From positions 1-50,502 of IMG/VR virus record IMGVR_UViG_2806310411_000001: DNA of 50,502 nucleotides; one strand, 5' to 3'. Under the pieces are notes generated by a model. That model did no database searches. It saw only the letters and a list, made by a program, of their open reading frames with translations, and was not told where the DNA came from. Made by a program: the position numbers and the translations under genes. The stretch comes from a virus. Of the stretch, positions 33,134 through 43,266 are shown piece by piece (the stretch's first letter is position 1; every line of letters begins with the position of its first letter).

Positions 33134-35220
33134 TGCCGTACCTGACCATCAACGACTTCAAATTCGGCATGGACAGGCGGCGCAAGCGCGTCGCCGGCAC
33201 GCCCGGCACGCTCTGGCTCGGCAAGAACATCCACATCACGCGCGGCGGCGACATCGAGCGCCGTCTCAAGTTCGTCCCGGAATATAACGTGGCCGGCACG
33301 TTCGGCGCGGCGTCGCTGCGCGGCCAGCTCTACGTCTTTGGCAGCGAGGTGCTGACGGTCCCGCTCGGGGTCCAGTACCAGCGCCTCCAGGACCCGCTCG
33401 CGTCGCTGATGACGAAGATCCTCGACGTCAAGACCTTCGCCGGCAAGTTCTACGTGATCGCGGAATACGCAAGCGGCAACGTCTGCCACTTCTACGACGG
33501 CGCGCGCGTCACCAGTTGGGACACCGTCGTCGCCAGCTCCGGCGCCGACTTCACGACCATGGCCGATCTCATGGCGGCCAAGATCGAAAACGATCCGGCT
33601 GTCACTGCGACGTCGATGGGGAGCCTCGTCACCATCACCGCGCTGACGCCCGGCACCGCGTATTCCATCTCGACGGCGACCGTTAACGGAGGCGGTGTCA
33701 ACGACCAGACGGCCGTTCTGGCCACCGTCCAGGCCAACGTCGTTGGCGTCGACGAGGTGCGTGCGACCGCGACCCTCACGGTAAACGGCGGCACGCTATC
33801 CGCCGGCGTCAACCAGATCGCTGCCGTCACGATTGACGGTGTCGACGTGCTCGGCAAGGCCATCGACTGGTCGGGCTCGAACGAATCCACCGCGCTGCGC
33901 GTCGCGCAACAGATCACGTCCGGCTTCACGACGCATGGCTATTCCGCCGCAGTCGTCGGCGCCACGATCACCGTCACCGCGGCGCCCGGCACCGGCGCGA
34001 CGCCGAACGGTTTCGACTTCCTCGCCACGGCGGCCGGCAACGTGTCCCTCTCGGCGTCCGCGCAGATGTCCGGCGGCGTGACGGCGGTGTCGCCGGTCGC
34101 GCAGGTCTGCACGGTGACTTTCGGCGGCACGTTCGAAGTGGCCGACCGGTTCACCGTCACCATCAACGGGACCGACTACAAGGCGACCGGCGGTGCGTCC
34201 GGAATGGGCCGCACGGCCTACGTTGACAAGAACCGTGTCTGGACGCCGATCGGGAGCCTGTGGCGCTACTGCAAGCTGAACGACCCGACGGTTTGGGATC
34301 CGGCCGCGGTCGGCAGCGACGCCGGCTTCATCAACATCGCAACGGCCACCGAGGGCAACGAGCGCCTGGTCGCCGCGGCGCGCTACCAGAACCTCGCCGG
34401 CGTCTTCAGCTCCGAGAACATCACGCTATACCAGCTCGACCAGGACCCCGCGAATTTCGCGTTCTCGGACACGCTCGAGCACACCGGCACGAAGGCCCCG
34501 AAGTCGGTCCTCCGCTACGGCAACAACGACGTCTTCTACCTCGACATCACCGGCGTGCGCAGTTTGCGCGCCCGCGACGCGTCGAATGCGCCGTTCGTGT
34601 CGGACATCGGCAACGCGATCGACAGCTACGTGCAGGAGCTCGTCAAGGCGCTCTCCAAGCAGCAAGAGGCCGATTCGCTCGCCGCGATCGAGCCGAAGGA
34701 CGGGCGCTACTGGCTGATCCTCGGGGACACGATGATCGTGCTGAGCTTCTTCCCCGGGGCAAAGATCAGCGCGTGGACGACTTACGAGCCCACCGAGTTC
34801 GGCGGCGCGCCCGTGCAGGCGTTCGTGCGCGTTGCAGGGCAGCTCGTCGCGCGGGCCGGGGACTACCTCTATTTTTATGGCGGCTTGACCGGCGACGTGG
34901 AGCCGGAAGACGGCGAGGTGATCGCCGAGGTGCATTGCCCGTTCTTTAGCGGGCAGACGCCGGCGACGATCAAGTTCATCAAGGGCTTCGACGTCGCGCT
35001 GACGAACTCGTGGACCTGCGAACTCGCGTTCGATCCGAACGACGAGGCGCGCACCATGAATGTCGGGGTTTTGTCCACGATCACCTTCGCCAACCAGGGG
35101 CGTATTCCGGTCCCGGGCGAGACCTCCATGGTCGCGCCGATCCTGACGTGCAGCAAGGGCGGGGCGGCCAGCATCTCGATGATGGCCATCCACTACGAGA
35201 GCGAGGAAGATCCAAGTTGA
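33133..35220 (+). CDS. tail tubular protein B / nozzle-like (T7 gp12 position)
   Basis: A 695-aa ORF. GTG start overlaps the upstream stop (TAGTG). Confidence 0.45.
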   Translation: MPYLTINDFKFGMDRRRKRVAGTPGTLWLGKNIHITRGGDIERRLKFVPEYNVAGTFGAASLRGQLYVFGSEVLTVPLGVQYQRLQDPLASLMTKILDVKTFAGKFYVIAEYASGNVCHFYDGARVTSWDTVVASSGADFTTMADLMAAKIENDPAVTATSMGSLVTITALTPGTAYSISTATVNGGGVNDQTAVLATVQANVVGVDEVRATATLTVNGGTLSAGVNQIAAVTIDGVDVLGKAIDWSGSNESTALRVAQQITSGFTTHGYSAAVVGATITVTAAPGTGATPNGFDFLATAAGNVSLSASAQMSGGVTAVSPVAQVCTVTFGGTFEVADRFTVTINGTDYKATGGASGMGRTAYVDKNRVWTPIGSLWRYCKLNDPTVWDPAAVGSDAGFINIATATEGNERLVAAARYQNLAGVFSSENITLYQLDQDPANFAFSDTLEHTGTKAPKSVLRYGNNDVFYLDITGVRSLRARDASNAPFVSDIGNAIDSYVQELVKALSKQQEADSLAAIEPKDGRYWLILGDTMIVLSFFPGAKISAWTTYEPTEFGGAPVQAFVRVAGQLVARAGDYLYFYGGLTGDVEPEDGEVIAEVHCPFFSGQTPATIKFIKGFDVALTNSWTCELAFDPNDEARTMNVGVLSTITFANQGRIPVPGETSMVAPILTCSKGGAASISMMAIHYESEEDPS

Positions 35221-35702
35221 GGCTAACCGAGCTCGACTACGGCGTCGTCCTGGAGATCGTGAAGCAGGCGCACGATCTCGAGCAGATTTACGTCCTGAAC
35301 GGACATCGCGACCCTGGCGTCCTCGCCAAGGTCATCATGGCCGCGGCGAATTTCTCGTGGGTGGCATGGGGCGAGGGGAAACCTATCGCGGTGTTCGGCG
35401 CGGTCGAGCAGCACAAGGGCGTCTGGCAAATCTACATGCTGACGACGCCCGACTTCCGCAAGATCGCGATTCCGCTCACGCGGTTCCTGAAGCGGACGAT
35501 GGTGCCGATCCTGTTCGACGAACTCGGCTGTCGCCGGCTCGAGGGCTTCTTCCACGAGGACAACGTCTTCATCCACCGGTGGGTGGAGGGGTTCGGCGCG
35601 AAGCGCGAATACGTCAAGGAAGGGTACGCCCCCGACGGCAAGGCATATTTTGGTTATGCGATTTGCAAGGGGACTCTTGACTCTCAAAACCAGACTCGAT
35701 AG
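35217..35702 (+). CDS. T7 gp13-position protein with a GNAT-like pattern
   Basis: Probable TTG start overlapping the upstream TGA. The C-terminal pattern FHEDNVFIHRWVEGFGAKRE is acetyltransferase-like. Confidence 0.4.
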   Translation: MRLTELDYGVVLEIVKQAHDLEQIYVLNGHRDPGVLAKVIMAAANFSWVAWGEGKPIAVFGAVEQHKGVWQIYMLTTPDFRKIAIPLTRFLKRTMVPILFDELGCRRLEGFFHEDNVFIHRWVEGFGAKREYVKEGYAPDGKAYFGYAICKGTLDSQNQTR

Positions 35703-35705
35703 TGT
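35677..35705 (+). promoter_or_regulatory. candidate sigma70 promoter TTGACT-N17-TAGTGT
   Basis: The -35 element is at 35677..35682 and the -10 at 35700..35705. The spacer contains CTCAAAACCAGAC. Confidence 0.45.
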
Positions 35706-35711
35706 GGCGAC

Positions 35712-35864
35712 ACTGTTGCTTCGCAAAGTGTTGCGCAACGCGGGAGAGAGCCAATGAAGCTGTAATTCGCTTTCAAATGTAGCTCTGTGCTTTTTAGATG
35801 AAAATCGGACGTTTTGAGATCGAAACCTCACCCTAGACGCAACGGGGTGGGGTTTCGTGTTTTT
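35712..35864 (+). ncRNA. candidate small RNA (about 150 nt) between a promoter and an intrinsic terminator
   Basis: No ORF longer than 11 codons. Contains local hairpins (ACACT...AGTGT, GTTGCGCAAC). Ends at a terminator. Confidence 0.35.
35823..35864 (+). terminator. rho-independent terminator
   Basis: Stem AAACCTCACCC pairs with GGGTGGGGTTT with one G-U pair. It is followed by CGTGTTTTT. Confidence 0.6.
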
Positions 35865-35971
35865 GGGTATCGACAAACTCGACAAACCCGCACAAACCCT
35901 CTATAGTCCGCTCCTGCGGACGCAGAACCGGAGCTCGCCGCGCCGGAACCATTCGATCGACATGCCCACGA

Positions 35972-36598
35972 ATGTGCCTTTCCGGCGGCTCGCCCCCAAA
36001 AGATAATTCAGCGGAGATCGCGCGCCAGCAGGCGCAGGACCGCGAGAACAAGGTCAATCAAGGCAAGGCCTCGATCGACAGCGCGTTCTCGGTTTTCGAT
36101 CCCGCCTATTACGACAAGTACAAGCAGACCTATCTCGACAATTACAATCCCGAGGTGGATCGGCAGTTCGGCGTCGCCAAACAACAGACGCAGTACAATC
36201 TCGCGCGCGCCGGCACGACTGACGCCACGATCGGCCAGAAGCAGTTCGGCGACCTGGTGCGTAATTACGGCCAGCAGAAGCAGAACATCGCTTCGCAGGC
36301 GATCGACGCGACCAACAAGCTGCGCACCGACGTCGAGAACCAGAAGACGGCCCTCTACGGCCAGAACAGCGCGTCGGCCGATCCGTCGCTGGCGTCGATT
36401 AGCGCGCTCAGCAACGCGAATTCGCTGTCCCAGCCGGCGCAGCTCAGCCCGCTCGGTTCGGTCTTCGCCGGCCTGACGAACGGCATTGCCTACGGCGTCG
36501 CCGGGGCCAACAACAAGCTGCCGGCCGGCTACGCGAATGCCTTCGCGCCCGGTGCCACGCTGCCCGGCGGTAACGGCTCCGGAAGGGTGGTGGGCTGA
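35972..36598 (+). CDS. internal virion protein (T7 gp14 position)
   Basis: A 208-aa Gln/Asn/Ala-rich ORF. No obvious ribosome-binding site. Confidence 0.45.
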   Translation: MCLSGGSPPKDNSAEIARQQAQDRENKVNQGKASIDSAFSVFDPAYYDKYKQTYLDNYNPEVDRQFGVAKQQTQYNLARAGTTDATIGQKQFGDLVRNYGQQKQNIASQAIDATNKLRTDVENQKTALYGQNSASADPSLASISALSNANSLSQPAQLSPLGSVFAGLTNGIAYGVAGANNKLPAGYANAFAPGATLPGGNGSGRVVG

Positions 36599-37281
36599 TG
36601 TGTGATCCGATTACGCTTGCAGTAGCGTCCACCGCCGCTTCAGCAGGTGGTTCGCTGCTCTCGGCGAATGAAGCCAACGAGAATGCCCAGAACGTCGCGG
36701 CAGCGCGCAATCGCGCCACCTTGGCCGAGCTCGAGCGGCAGAAGGCATACGGCGCGCAGGCACGCGGCGAGTTCGACAAGTCGCTAAACCTGTTCGGCCC
36801 CGGCGCGCAGGAAGCCTCGCTCTCCAAGGCGCAGGGCGACGTCGGGTCGCTCCTGACGCACAACACGCCCGACGCGGCAAGCGTCGGCACTATCACGACC
36901 GCGAACGCGCCGGCGGCTGTCAGAGCCGGCGAGAGCAAGAAGCTCGGCGACGTCTTCTCGTATCTCGGCGACAGCGCGAAGAATCTCGGCAACCTCAAGG
37001 GCTACGACCAGAACACGTTCAACACGAACCAGGCCGTCACCGCGAACAACCGAAACATCGGCGTCATCACCGATAATTCGAAGGTGAGCGCGGACGTCAA
37101 CAAAATGGAACAGAACGCCGCCGCGACGAATGCCTACACGCCGCCATCCGGCATGGGCGATCTGCTGTCGTTCGCCGGCAACATGGGATCGTATTACGCC
37201 GGAGGCGGCAAACTCGGACTGCCGAAGTTCTCCGGCTCCACCACCATTCCAGGGCTCAACCCGGGGGGACCGTACGTCTGA
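36598..37281 (+). CDS. internal virion protein
   Basis: ATG overlaps the upstream TGA. 227 aa. Confidence 0.45.
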   Translation: MCDPITLAVASTAASAGGSLLSANEANENAQNVAAARNRATLAELERQKAYGAQARGEFDKSLNLFGPGAQEASLSKAQGDVGSLLTHNTPDAASVGTITTANAPAAVRAGESKKLGDVFSYLGDSAKNLGNLKGYDQNTFNTNQAVTANNRNIGVITDNSKVSADVNKMEQNAAATNAYTPPSGMGDLLSFAGNMGSYYAGGGKLGLPKFSGSTTIPGLNPGGPYV

Positions 37282-38747
37282 TGCCCGATACACTGGCCAA
37301 TCCGTACGCCTATCAGTCGCCGATCGGCGCCGCGCTGAAGAACCTGTCCGGCGTGCTCACAAAGAAGAGCACCGAGGCAACCGACATCGCGCACCTAGAG
37401 ACCGCGCTTGCGCTGAAGCAGAAGCGCGAGAACACCGCTGCGCTCGGCGACGCCCTCCGCGCGCTCGGCACTGCGCAGTTCGATCGTCGCGCCGCAATCG
37501 ACAACGCTGTGCGCGCCGGAGTCTCGCCGGAGGCCGTCGGCGGCTTCGAGCGCTACAACTCCGCGAACCAGTACGGAGCGGCTGATCCGCGCACGACGAA
37601 CGCTTTCGTCGGGGCGGGCGGCTCTTACGGCTCCACGGCCGCCGGTGAGCGCGAGCAGATCGCCGCTGCGAACCAGCGCAATGCCGCGGCGATCGCGGAG
37701 CAGGGGCGCCAGTTCGACAGCAAGCCCACCACCATCAACACGCCCACCGGCCCGCAGATTGTCCGGCAGAGCGAGGCCTACGGCCAGCCCGCGGTCGAGG
37801 ACATCGGCAAGGTCAAGGGCGCCGTCGCGCGCAACGCCTATGCTAGCCCGGCGGGTCTCGCCGGCGCGGACGATGCGACGAAGCAGTTCATCGGCGTCGA
37901 CAGCAAGGCCACGCCGACGCCGCACAATTACGTCTCGAACGGCCAGAACTTCATCACCTATGACGGCACCACGGACGCTAACAGCGGCAAGCCGCTGCCG
38001 CCCGGCGGCTACATGGCCAACGCGGTCGGTCCCGCCGAAGCGGTCGGCCTGCCGGCGCCCGTGCGCAACGACCTGGCCAAGCAGGACGTCTCCAACCAGC
38101 GTTTCCGCGGCCTGCTCAACTACACCAAGGAACTGGCCAAGCAGGACCCGAACAATTTCGGCATCACCGGCCTGGTCAAGGGGACCGTCCAGGACACCGC
38201 CGCGGCCGCTGACAACATTGCGCGCGGCCTCGGCTACAGCGGCATCCAGGATGGCCTCGCCAACGCGCGGACGCGCGCCGTGGCGAGCGGCGTGAACCCG
38301 AGCGTGATCTCGGGCGTCTTCGATCCCAAGTTGCCCGCGCTGCATTCCGCAGCCGATCTGATGGTGTTCTCGGCGGCCGAGGCGCTCGCCGGACAGTCCG
38401 GCCGGTCGGTGACCGACAAGGACGTCAAGATCATCAAGAACATCGTCGGCGATCCGACCGAATGGTCGGCGAACCAGCAGAAGTTCCTCTCGAAGCTCGA
38501 CACCGTCGGGCAGATTCTCGACCTGCAACAGCAGGTGATCGACAATAACTTGCGGCGCGGCTCCCCCGCTGCGCCGCCGGCCGCGCCCGGGGCTGCCTCG
38601 CCCCCCACGTCCCCGGCTCCGGGCGCGCAGCCGGCCGCTCAACCAGACCCGTTGGCGCAGGCGCGCGACGCGATCGCGCGCGGCGCTCCGCGTGATGCCG
38701 TCATCCAGCGCTTGCAGCAAAGCGGCGTCGACCCGGCGGGCCTCTGA
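37281..38747 (+). CDS. internal virion protein (T7 gp15 position)
   Basis: A 488-aa ORF that is start/stop coupled at both ends. Confidence 0.5.
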   Translation: MPDTLANPYAYQSPIGAALKNLSGVLTKKSTEATDIAHLETALALKQKRENTAALGDALRALGTAQFDRRAAIDNAVRAGVSPEAVGGFERYNSANQYGAADPRTTNAFVGAGGSYGSTAAGEREQIAAANQRNAAAIAEQGRQFDSKPTTINTPTGPQIVRQSEAYGQPAVEDIGKVKGAVARNAYASPAGLAGADDATKQFIGVDSKATPTPHNYVSNGQNFITYDGTTDANSGKPLPPGGYMANAVGPAEAVGLPAPVRNDLAKQDVSNQRFRGLLNYTKELAKQDPNNFGITGLVKGTVQDTAAAADNIARGLGYSGIQDGLANARTRAVASGVNPSVISGVFDPKLPALHSAADLMVFSAAEALAGQSGRSVTDKDVKIIKNIVGDPTEWSANQQKFLSKLDTVGQILDLQQQVIDNNLRRGSPAAPPAAPGAASPPTSPAPGAQPAAQPDPLAQARDAIARGAPRDAVIQRLQQSGVDPAGL

Positions 38748-41656
38748 TGGGGATGTTCGACGATCTCATTCCGCAGAAGCCGGCGCAGGCTCCCGCGCCG
38801 ACGGTTTCGTTTGACGATTTGATTCCGCAGCAAGGCGCTCCCGCCGCGCCGCCAGTCGCGACGGAGCCGGTCGTCATCCGCAACGGTCGCATCGTCGTTA
38901 CGCCGGCCGGCGTCGAGCAGAAACCCCAGCCCATCGATCGCCCCGTCTCGTTGCTTCCGAGCAGCGTAGGCGGCGCCGTGCGCGACTTCCAGGTCGGCGC
39001 CCAAGGCGTTGGCAAGGGGCTCACTGACATCGTCACCGGGCCGTTCGACCTCGTGGCTGGTGCGCAGAACGCGATCGTCTCCGGCATCAACAAAGTGGCC
39101 GGAACGAACATTCCGTTGGCCACGCCGGCGTCCAAGCTGGTCGAGAAGGCAGTCGACGCCACCGGCATTCCGGTCATCGATCCGGCGACGATGTCGCGGA
39201 GCGAGAAGCTCGCCTACGACGCCAACCGCTTCGGCACTCAAGCCGTCGGCACCGGAGCCATGCTCGCGCAGCGCGCCCCCCAGGTGGCCGAGGCCGTCGT
39301 GCCGTCGGAGACGTTCCTCGGTCGTGTCGGCGATGCCTTCGCGCGTCCCTACATCGAGACGCCCACCCGCGCGCATGTTGGCGACGCGATCGGCGGCCTC
39401 GGTGCCGGTGTCGGCGTGAACGCAGCCGATAACTATGTCCCGGATAACGCCGCGGTCGGCGGCACGGTGCCGAAGCAGGTGGCCAACGCGCTCGCCCCCG
39501 TGGCCGGCGCTGTCGGCGCCACGACGCTGCAAGGCCTCGTCGAAGGCCTCGTCGGCGCGTTCAAGAACGCCGCGATCCGTGCGACGCAGTCCGCGCCGGC
39601 GCCGATCCCGCTTAATCCAGCCACCAAGGCGCCTTACAGCATGCCGGAGGTCGACCAGGCCGCCCGCAAGTTCCAGGCCGCCGCGACCGACAATCCGCGC
39701 CTGCTCGCGCGCAACATCGAAGAGAACGCCTCCGAGCTCGCGAACCCCGCAGAGGCCGGCGCCATTCCCGTCGAAAAGTCGCAGCTCCCGACGTCCGGCC
39801 TCCTGTCGCAGGATCCCGGCCTCGTGACGCTGGAGCAAGGCGCGCGCACCAAGCGCTCACCGGACTTCACCCAGCGCGACCAGAACGTCAAGGAAGCCGC
39901 CGCCGAGCGAGTGGCAAGCGTCCGCGATCCCGAAGCCGATCTCGGCAGCGTTATGCGCCGCGCCGGCGAAGCGCGCACCGAGCGGCTCGCGCCGGCCGAG
40001 CAGCGCGTCAACCAGTTCGAGGACCTCGGCAACCGCGTCACCGCGGCTCGCCAGCAGGAAGGCGCCACGTTCTCCCCCTTGGCCAATTCCGAGGCCAAGG
40101 CCAACGCGTCCCGCCGGCTCGACAACGCCGTGGTCGAGGGTAACTACATTCCCGCGCGCCAGCAGAAGAACGAGCTCTTCGACACCGCGCCGGGCCGCAA
40201 CGAGCAGCTTCCGGCCGACGACGTCTTTGGCGCGATCGACCGGATCCGTCGCGGCGCGAACGACCTCGCCCCCGGCACTCTTCCGGAAGACTTCGTGCGG
40301 CGCCTCGACGCGCTGCGTCCCGTCATCGATCCCGAGACGGGAGCCAACCTCGGCGGCCCCGGCACCGCGCTCGGCGGCGACCTGGCCGACCTGCGCAAGT
40401 TCATCGCCCCCGCTATCGAGCGCGCGCAGCGCTCCGGCAACTTCGACCTGGCCGACAACCTGTCCGCGCTCCGGCGCGCGGTCAATCGCACGATCGGCGA
40501 CGCCGAGGGCTACACCGAAGCCAACGCCAACTACCAGCGGTTCGCCGATCGCTTCCGGCCGGAGCCGAACGACCCCGGCGCCAAGTTCACGCGCGCCATC
40601 GACCGCGGCGGCCAGAATGCCGACGGCGAGCTCAATCGCGGCAGCACGCCGCCCAGCGAGACCGCCGGCAAGTTCCTCGGCAACGCGGAGGAGGCGGCAG
40701 CTCTCCGTCGCATCCAGGAGGGCGCACCGTCCCAGCAGGCCGGCGAAACCGCTGTGCGCGACTATCTGCGCTCCGACTTCGCCAGCTCCGCGCTCAATGC
40801 CGACGGCACGCTGAATCCAGCGCGCGCGTCCGCATGGCGTCGCAACATGGCCGACGTGCTCAGCCAGTTCCCGGCCGTCCGCAGCGAGTTCGACAACATC
40901 GTGGCCTCCGCGCAGCGCGGCGAGAATCTCTCGCTCGAGGCAAAGCGTGGCCTCGACGCCGCGCGCGCCAACCGCAAGCAGACCGAGGCAGACGTCGAGC
41001 GGGGAGCGATCGGCACGCTGCTCAAAAAAGATCCGCGCAGCGTCGCGCAGAGCGTCCTCAACGACAAGTACGGCGGGCCGAAGCAGCTCGACGATATCAA
41101 CGCGCTCGTGAAGAACGACGAGCAGGCCGCCCGCGGCTGGAAGGCGTCCGTCGCCGAGGTGCTCACCGACAAGGTCCAGAGCACCCGCCAGACTGGCGAG
41201 ACCTTCGAGGTGCAGTACGCGCGGCTCGCGAAGGAATTCAAGGACAACGAGCAGCTTCTCGCGAAGGTCTTCACGCCCGAGGAGATGAACACCCTGCGCC
41301 AGGGCCACAAGCTGCTGTCCTACTTCAAGGAGGCCGAGAAGCGCGCCACCACCGGCAGCCAGACGGCCGAGCGGCTCAACATCCCCGGCTGGGTGCAGCT
41401 CGCGGTTCGCCACTTCAAGGGCGATCTCGCCGGCGGCGGCCTCATCAAGCGGTTCAAGCTTCTGATGGAGCAGCTTCCGAACAGCAACAGCGGGGCCGAG
41501 GACATCGTCCACATGGCCTTCTTCGATCCGGCCGTTGCCGCCTATCTGCTCAAGCGGCCGCTGCCGTCTGCCAATTCGTCGCTCTACAACATCAACCTGC
41601 GGCGCCTGCTCGCGGCCGCAAACGCATCCCGCGAGAGCGGGGACAACGGAGACTGA
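38747..41656 (+). CDS. large internal virion / ejection protein (T7 gp16 position)
   Basis: A 969-aa ORF, translationally coupled to its upstream neighbour. Confidence 0.55.
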   Translation: MGMFDDLIPQKPAQAPAPTVSFDDLIPQQGAPAAPPVATEPVVIRNGRIVVTPAGVEQKPQPIDRPVSLLPSSVGGAVRDFQVGAQGVGKGLTDIVTGPFDLVAGAQNAIVSGINKVAGTNIPLATPASKLVEKAVDATGIPVIDPATMSRSEKLAYDANRFGTQAVGTGAMLAQRAPQVAEAVVPSETFLGRVGDAFARPYIETPTRAHVGDAIGGLGAGVGVNAADNYVPDNAAVGGTVPKQVANALAPVAGAVGATTLQGLVEGLVGAFKNAAIRATQSAPAPIPLNPATKAPYSMPEVDQAARKFQAAATDNPRLLARNIEENASELANPAEAGAIPVEKSQLPTSGLLSQDPGLVTLEQGARTKRSPDFTQRDQNVKEAAAERVASVRDPEADLGSVMRRAGEARTERLAPAEQRVNQFEDLGNRVTAARQQEGATFSPLANSEAKANASRRLDNAVVEGNYIPARQQKNELFDTAPGRNEQLPADDVFGAIDRIRRGANDLAPGTLPEDFVRRLDALRPVIDPETGANLGGPGTALGGDLADLRKFIAPAIERAQRSGNFDLADNLSALRRAVNRTIGDAEGYTEANANYQRFADRFRPEPNDPGAKFTRAIDRGGQNADGELNRGSTPPSETAGKFLGNAEEAAALRRIQEGAPSQQAGETAVRDYLRSDFASSALNADGTLNPARASAWRRNMADVLSQFPAVRSEFDNIVASAQRGENLSLEAKRGLDAARANRKQTEADVERGAIGTLLKKDPRSVAQSVLNDKYGGPKQLDDINALVKNDEQAARGWKASVAEVLTDKVQSTRQTGETFEVQYARLAKEFKDNEQLLAKVFTPEEMNTLRQGHKLLSYFKEAEKRATTGSQTAERLNIPGWVQLAVRHFKGDLAGGGLIKRFKLLMEQLPNSNSGAEDIVHMAFFDPAVAAYLLKRPLPSANSSLYNINLRRLLAAANASRESGDNGD

Positions 41657-41659
41657 TCC

Positions 41660-41968
41660 ATGGGAATCCCGACGCCGTACCAGTTCGCCCGGTTCACCGC
41701 CGATGGCCAGTCCAGCGCGATCTCGTGGCCGGGCGGCCGCGGCGTGTTCGCGGCATTCGGCACGTTCGGCAGCGGCACGATCAAGTTGCAGGCGTCCTAC
41801 GACGACGGCACGACCTGGATTGACGTCGACCGCTCCGGCGACACCTACGTCACGTTCACGGCCAACGGCGCCGGCGGCTTCGAACTGCCGAAGTGCCAGT
41901 TGCGGGTGTCGCTGTCCGGCTCGACCAGCCCGTCGATCAACTCCGGCGTGGAGCACGCAAACCAGTGA
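41660..41968 (+). CDS. hypothetical virion-module protein (102 aa)
   Basis: Track ORF. Confidence 0.45.
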   Translation: MGIPTPYQFARFTADGQSSAISWPGGRGVFAAFGTFGSGTIKLQASYDDGTTWIDVDRSGDTYVTFTANGAGGFELPKCQLRVSLSGSTSPSINSGVEHANQ

Positions 41969-42153
41969 AGAGCTATCCGCTCTCATATCCGGTCGCCCGG
42001 CCAAACTCCTTCGGGGAGACCTCCGCGTATCTCTCGGGAGCGGGGCCTTTTGGCTCGCCTCCTGCGGGCGCACCGACGAACGCAAAACCGCTTATCGGCG
42101 CCGATGGCGCTCCTCTCCGCGGCGCCGACGGCGCCCAATTATGGGGCTCGTAA
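41965..42153 (+). CDS. hypothetical protein (62 aa)
   Basis: GTGA overlap with the upstream stop. This is the C-terminal part of track ORF 41893..42153. Confidence 0.35.
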   Translation: MKSYPLSYPVARPNSFGETSAYLSGAGPFGSPPAGAPTNAKPLIGADGAPLRGADGAQLWGS

Positions 42154-42156
42154 GAC

Positions 42157-43251
42157 ATGGCCGCACCTCGCATGATCCCGGACCTGAACCCGGCGTTGCT
42201 GATGAACTACCGGGCGGCGCGCTCGCTGAAGACGCGCAACACCCGCATCGGCTTCAACGGCGACAGCACCTTCGCCGGTGTCGAAACCGGTGGCACGACC
42301 GCTCAGGTCCTCCACTCTGTCCCGATGCAGGTTGCCGCGAAGCTTCAGGCCCGCGGCATCAACGCTGGGGCCAACAACCGCTTCGGCTGTGCCTCCGGCA
42401 CGTTCGCAACCCTTCTGACGATGGACAGCCGTGTCACGGCGACCGGCGCCTGGACGCAGGGCGCAACGACCGCCCAAGGCGGTCAGGCCTTCGCCTGCTC
42501 GGCGGCCGGCACTCTGAACATCGTCCCGCAGGGCAACGTCACCAAGGCCGACATTTACTGGCGCGACGGCGCTGCCGGTCGAAGCTTCAACTGGTCGGTC
42601 GACGGCGGTGCCACGACGCAAATCGACAGTACGGGCACGACGGCCATCAAGAAGACGACGGTGTCGCTTGGATCTTCCGCCCTGCACACGTTCTCGCTCG
42701 CGTGGGTCGCGGGCGCCGTGACGATCTTTGGCGTCGATTTCTACGACGACACGTCCAGCCGACGGGAGCTCTCGATCCAGCAGTGGGGCATCTCCGGCGC
42801 CACGTCGGCCAACGCGATCGACGACACGGACACGGTGACCGGCCGGCTGGCTCAGATCAAGTCCGGCAAGGCGTTGATGACCCCCGACCTGATGATTATT
42901 CGCTTGGGCGTCAACGACTGGCGCACTTCTGTTTCCGCGCTCTCGATGGTCGGCAACCTGACCACGCTCGTCACCACCTGCCAGGCGAACGCCTGCGACG
43001 TCATCCTCGTTACGCCCCGCTACGACGGCGGCTCGACTGGCCTGGCCGCTCAGCAGGAAGACTACGCCAATGCGATTCGCGCGCTCGGGCCAGTGTTGAA
43101 CGTCAACGTGCTCGACGCGCGTGCATACTTCGGTTCCTACGCGCTCGGCAACGCGGCGGGTTGGTACAGCGACACGGTTCACGGCGATACGGGCGGCGCA
43201 GGCTATGGCGAGGAAGCCGAGTTCTTCGTCAGGGCGCTGCTGACGGTATAG
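42157..43251 (+). CDS. SGNH/GDSL hydrolase (probable tail-associated polysaccharide esterase)
   Basis: Block I GFNGDSTFAG, block III-like GVNDW, and block V DTVHGD. Confidence 0.7.
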   Translation: MAAPRMIPDLNPALLMNYRAARSLKTRNTRIGFNGDSTFAGVETGGTTAQVLHSVPMQVAAKLQARGINAGANNRFGCASGTFATLLTMDSRVTATGAWTQGATTAQGGQAFACSAAGTLNIVPQGNVTKADIYWRDGAAGRSFNWSVDGGATTQIDSTGTTAIKKTTVSLGSSALHTFSLAWVAGAVTIFGVDFYDDTSSRRELSIQQWGISGATSANAIDDTDTVTGRLAQIKSGKALMTPDLMIIRLGVNDWRTSVSALSMVGNLTTLVTTCQANACDVILVTPRYDGGSTGLAAQQEDYANAIRALGPVLNVNVLDARAYFGSYALGNAAGWYSDTVHGDTGGAGYGEEAEFFVRALLTV

Positions 43252-43266
43252 CCAGGAGCATTTGGC

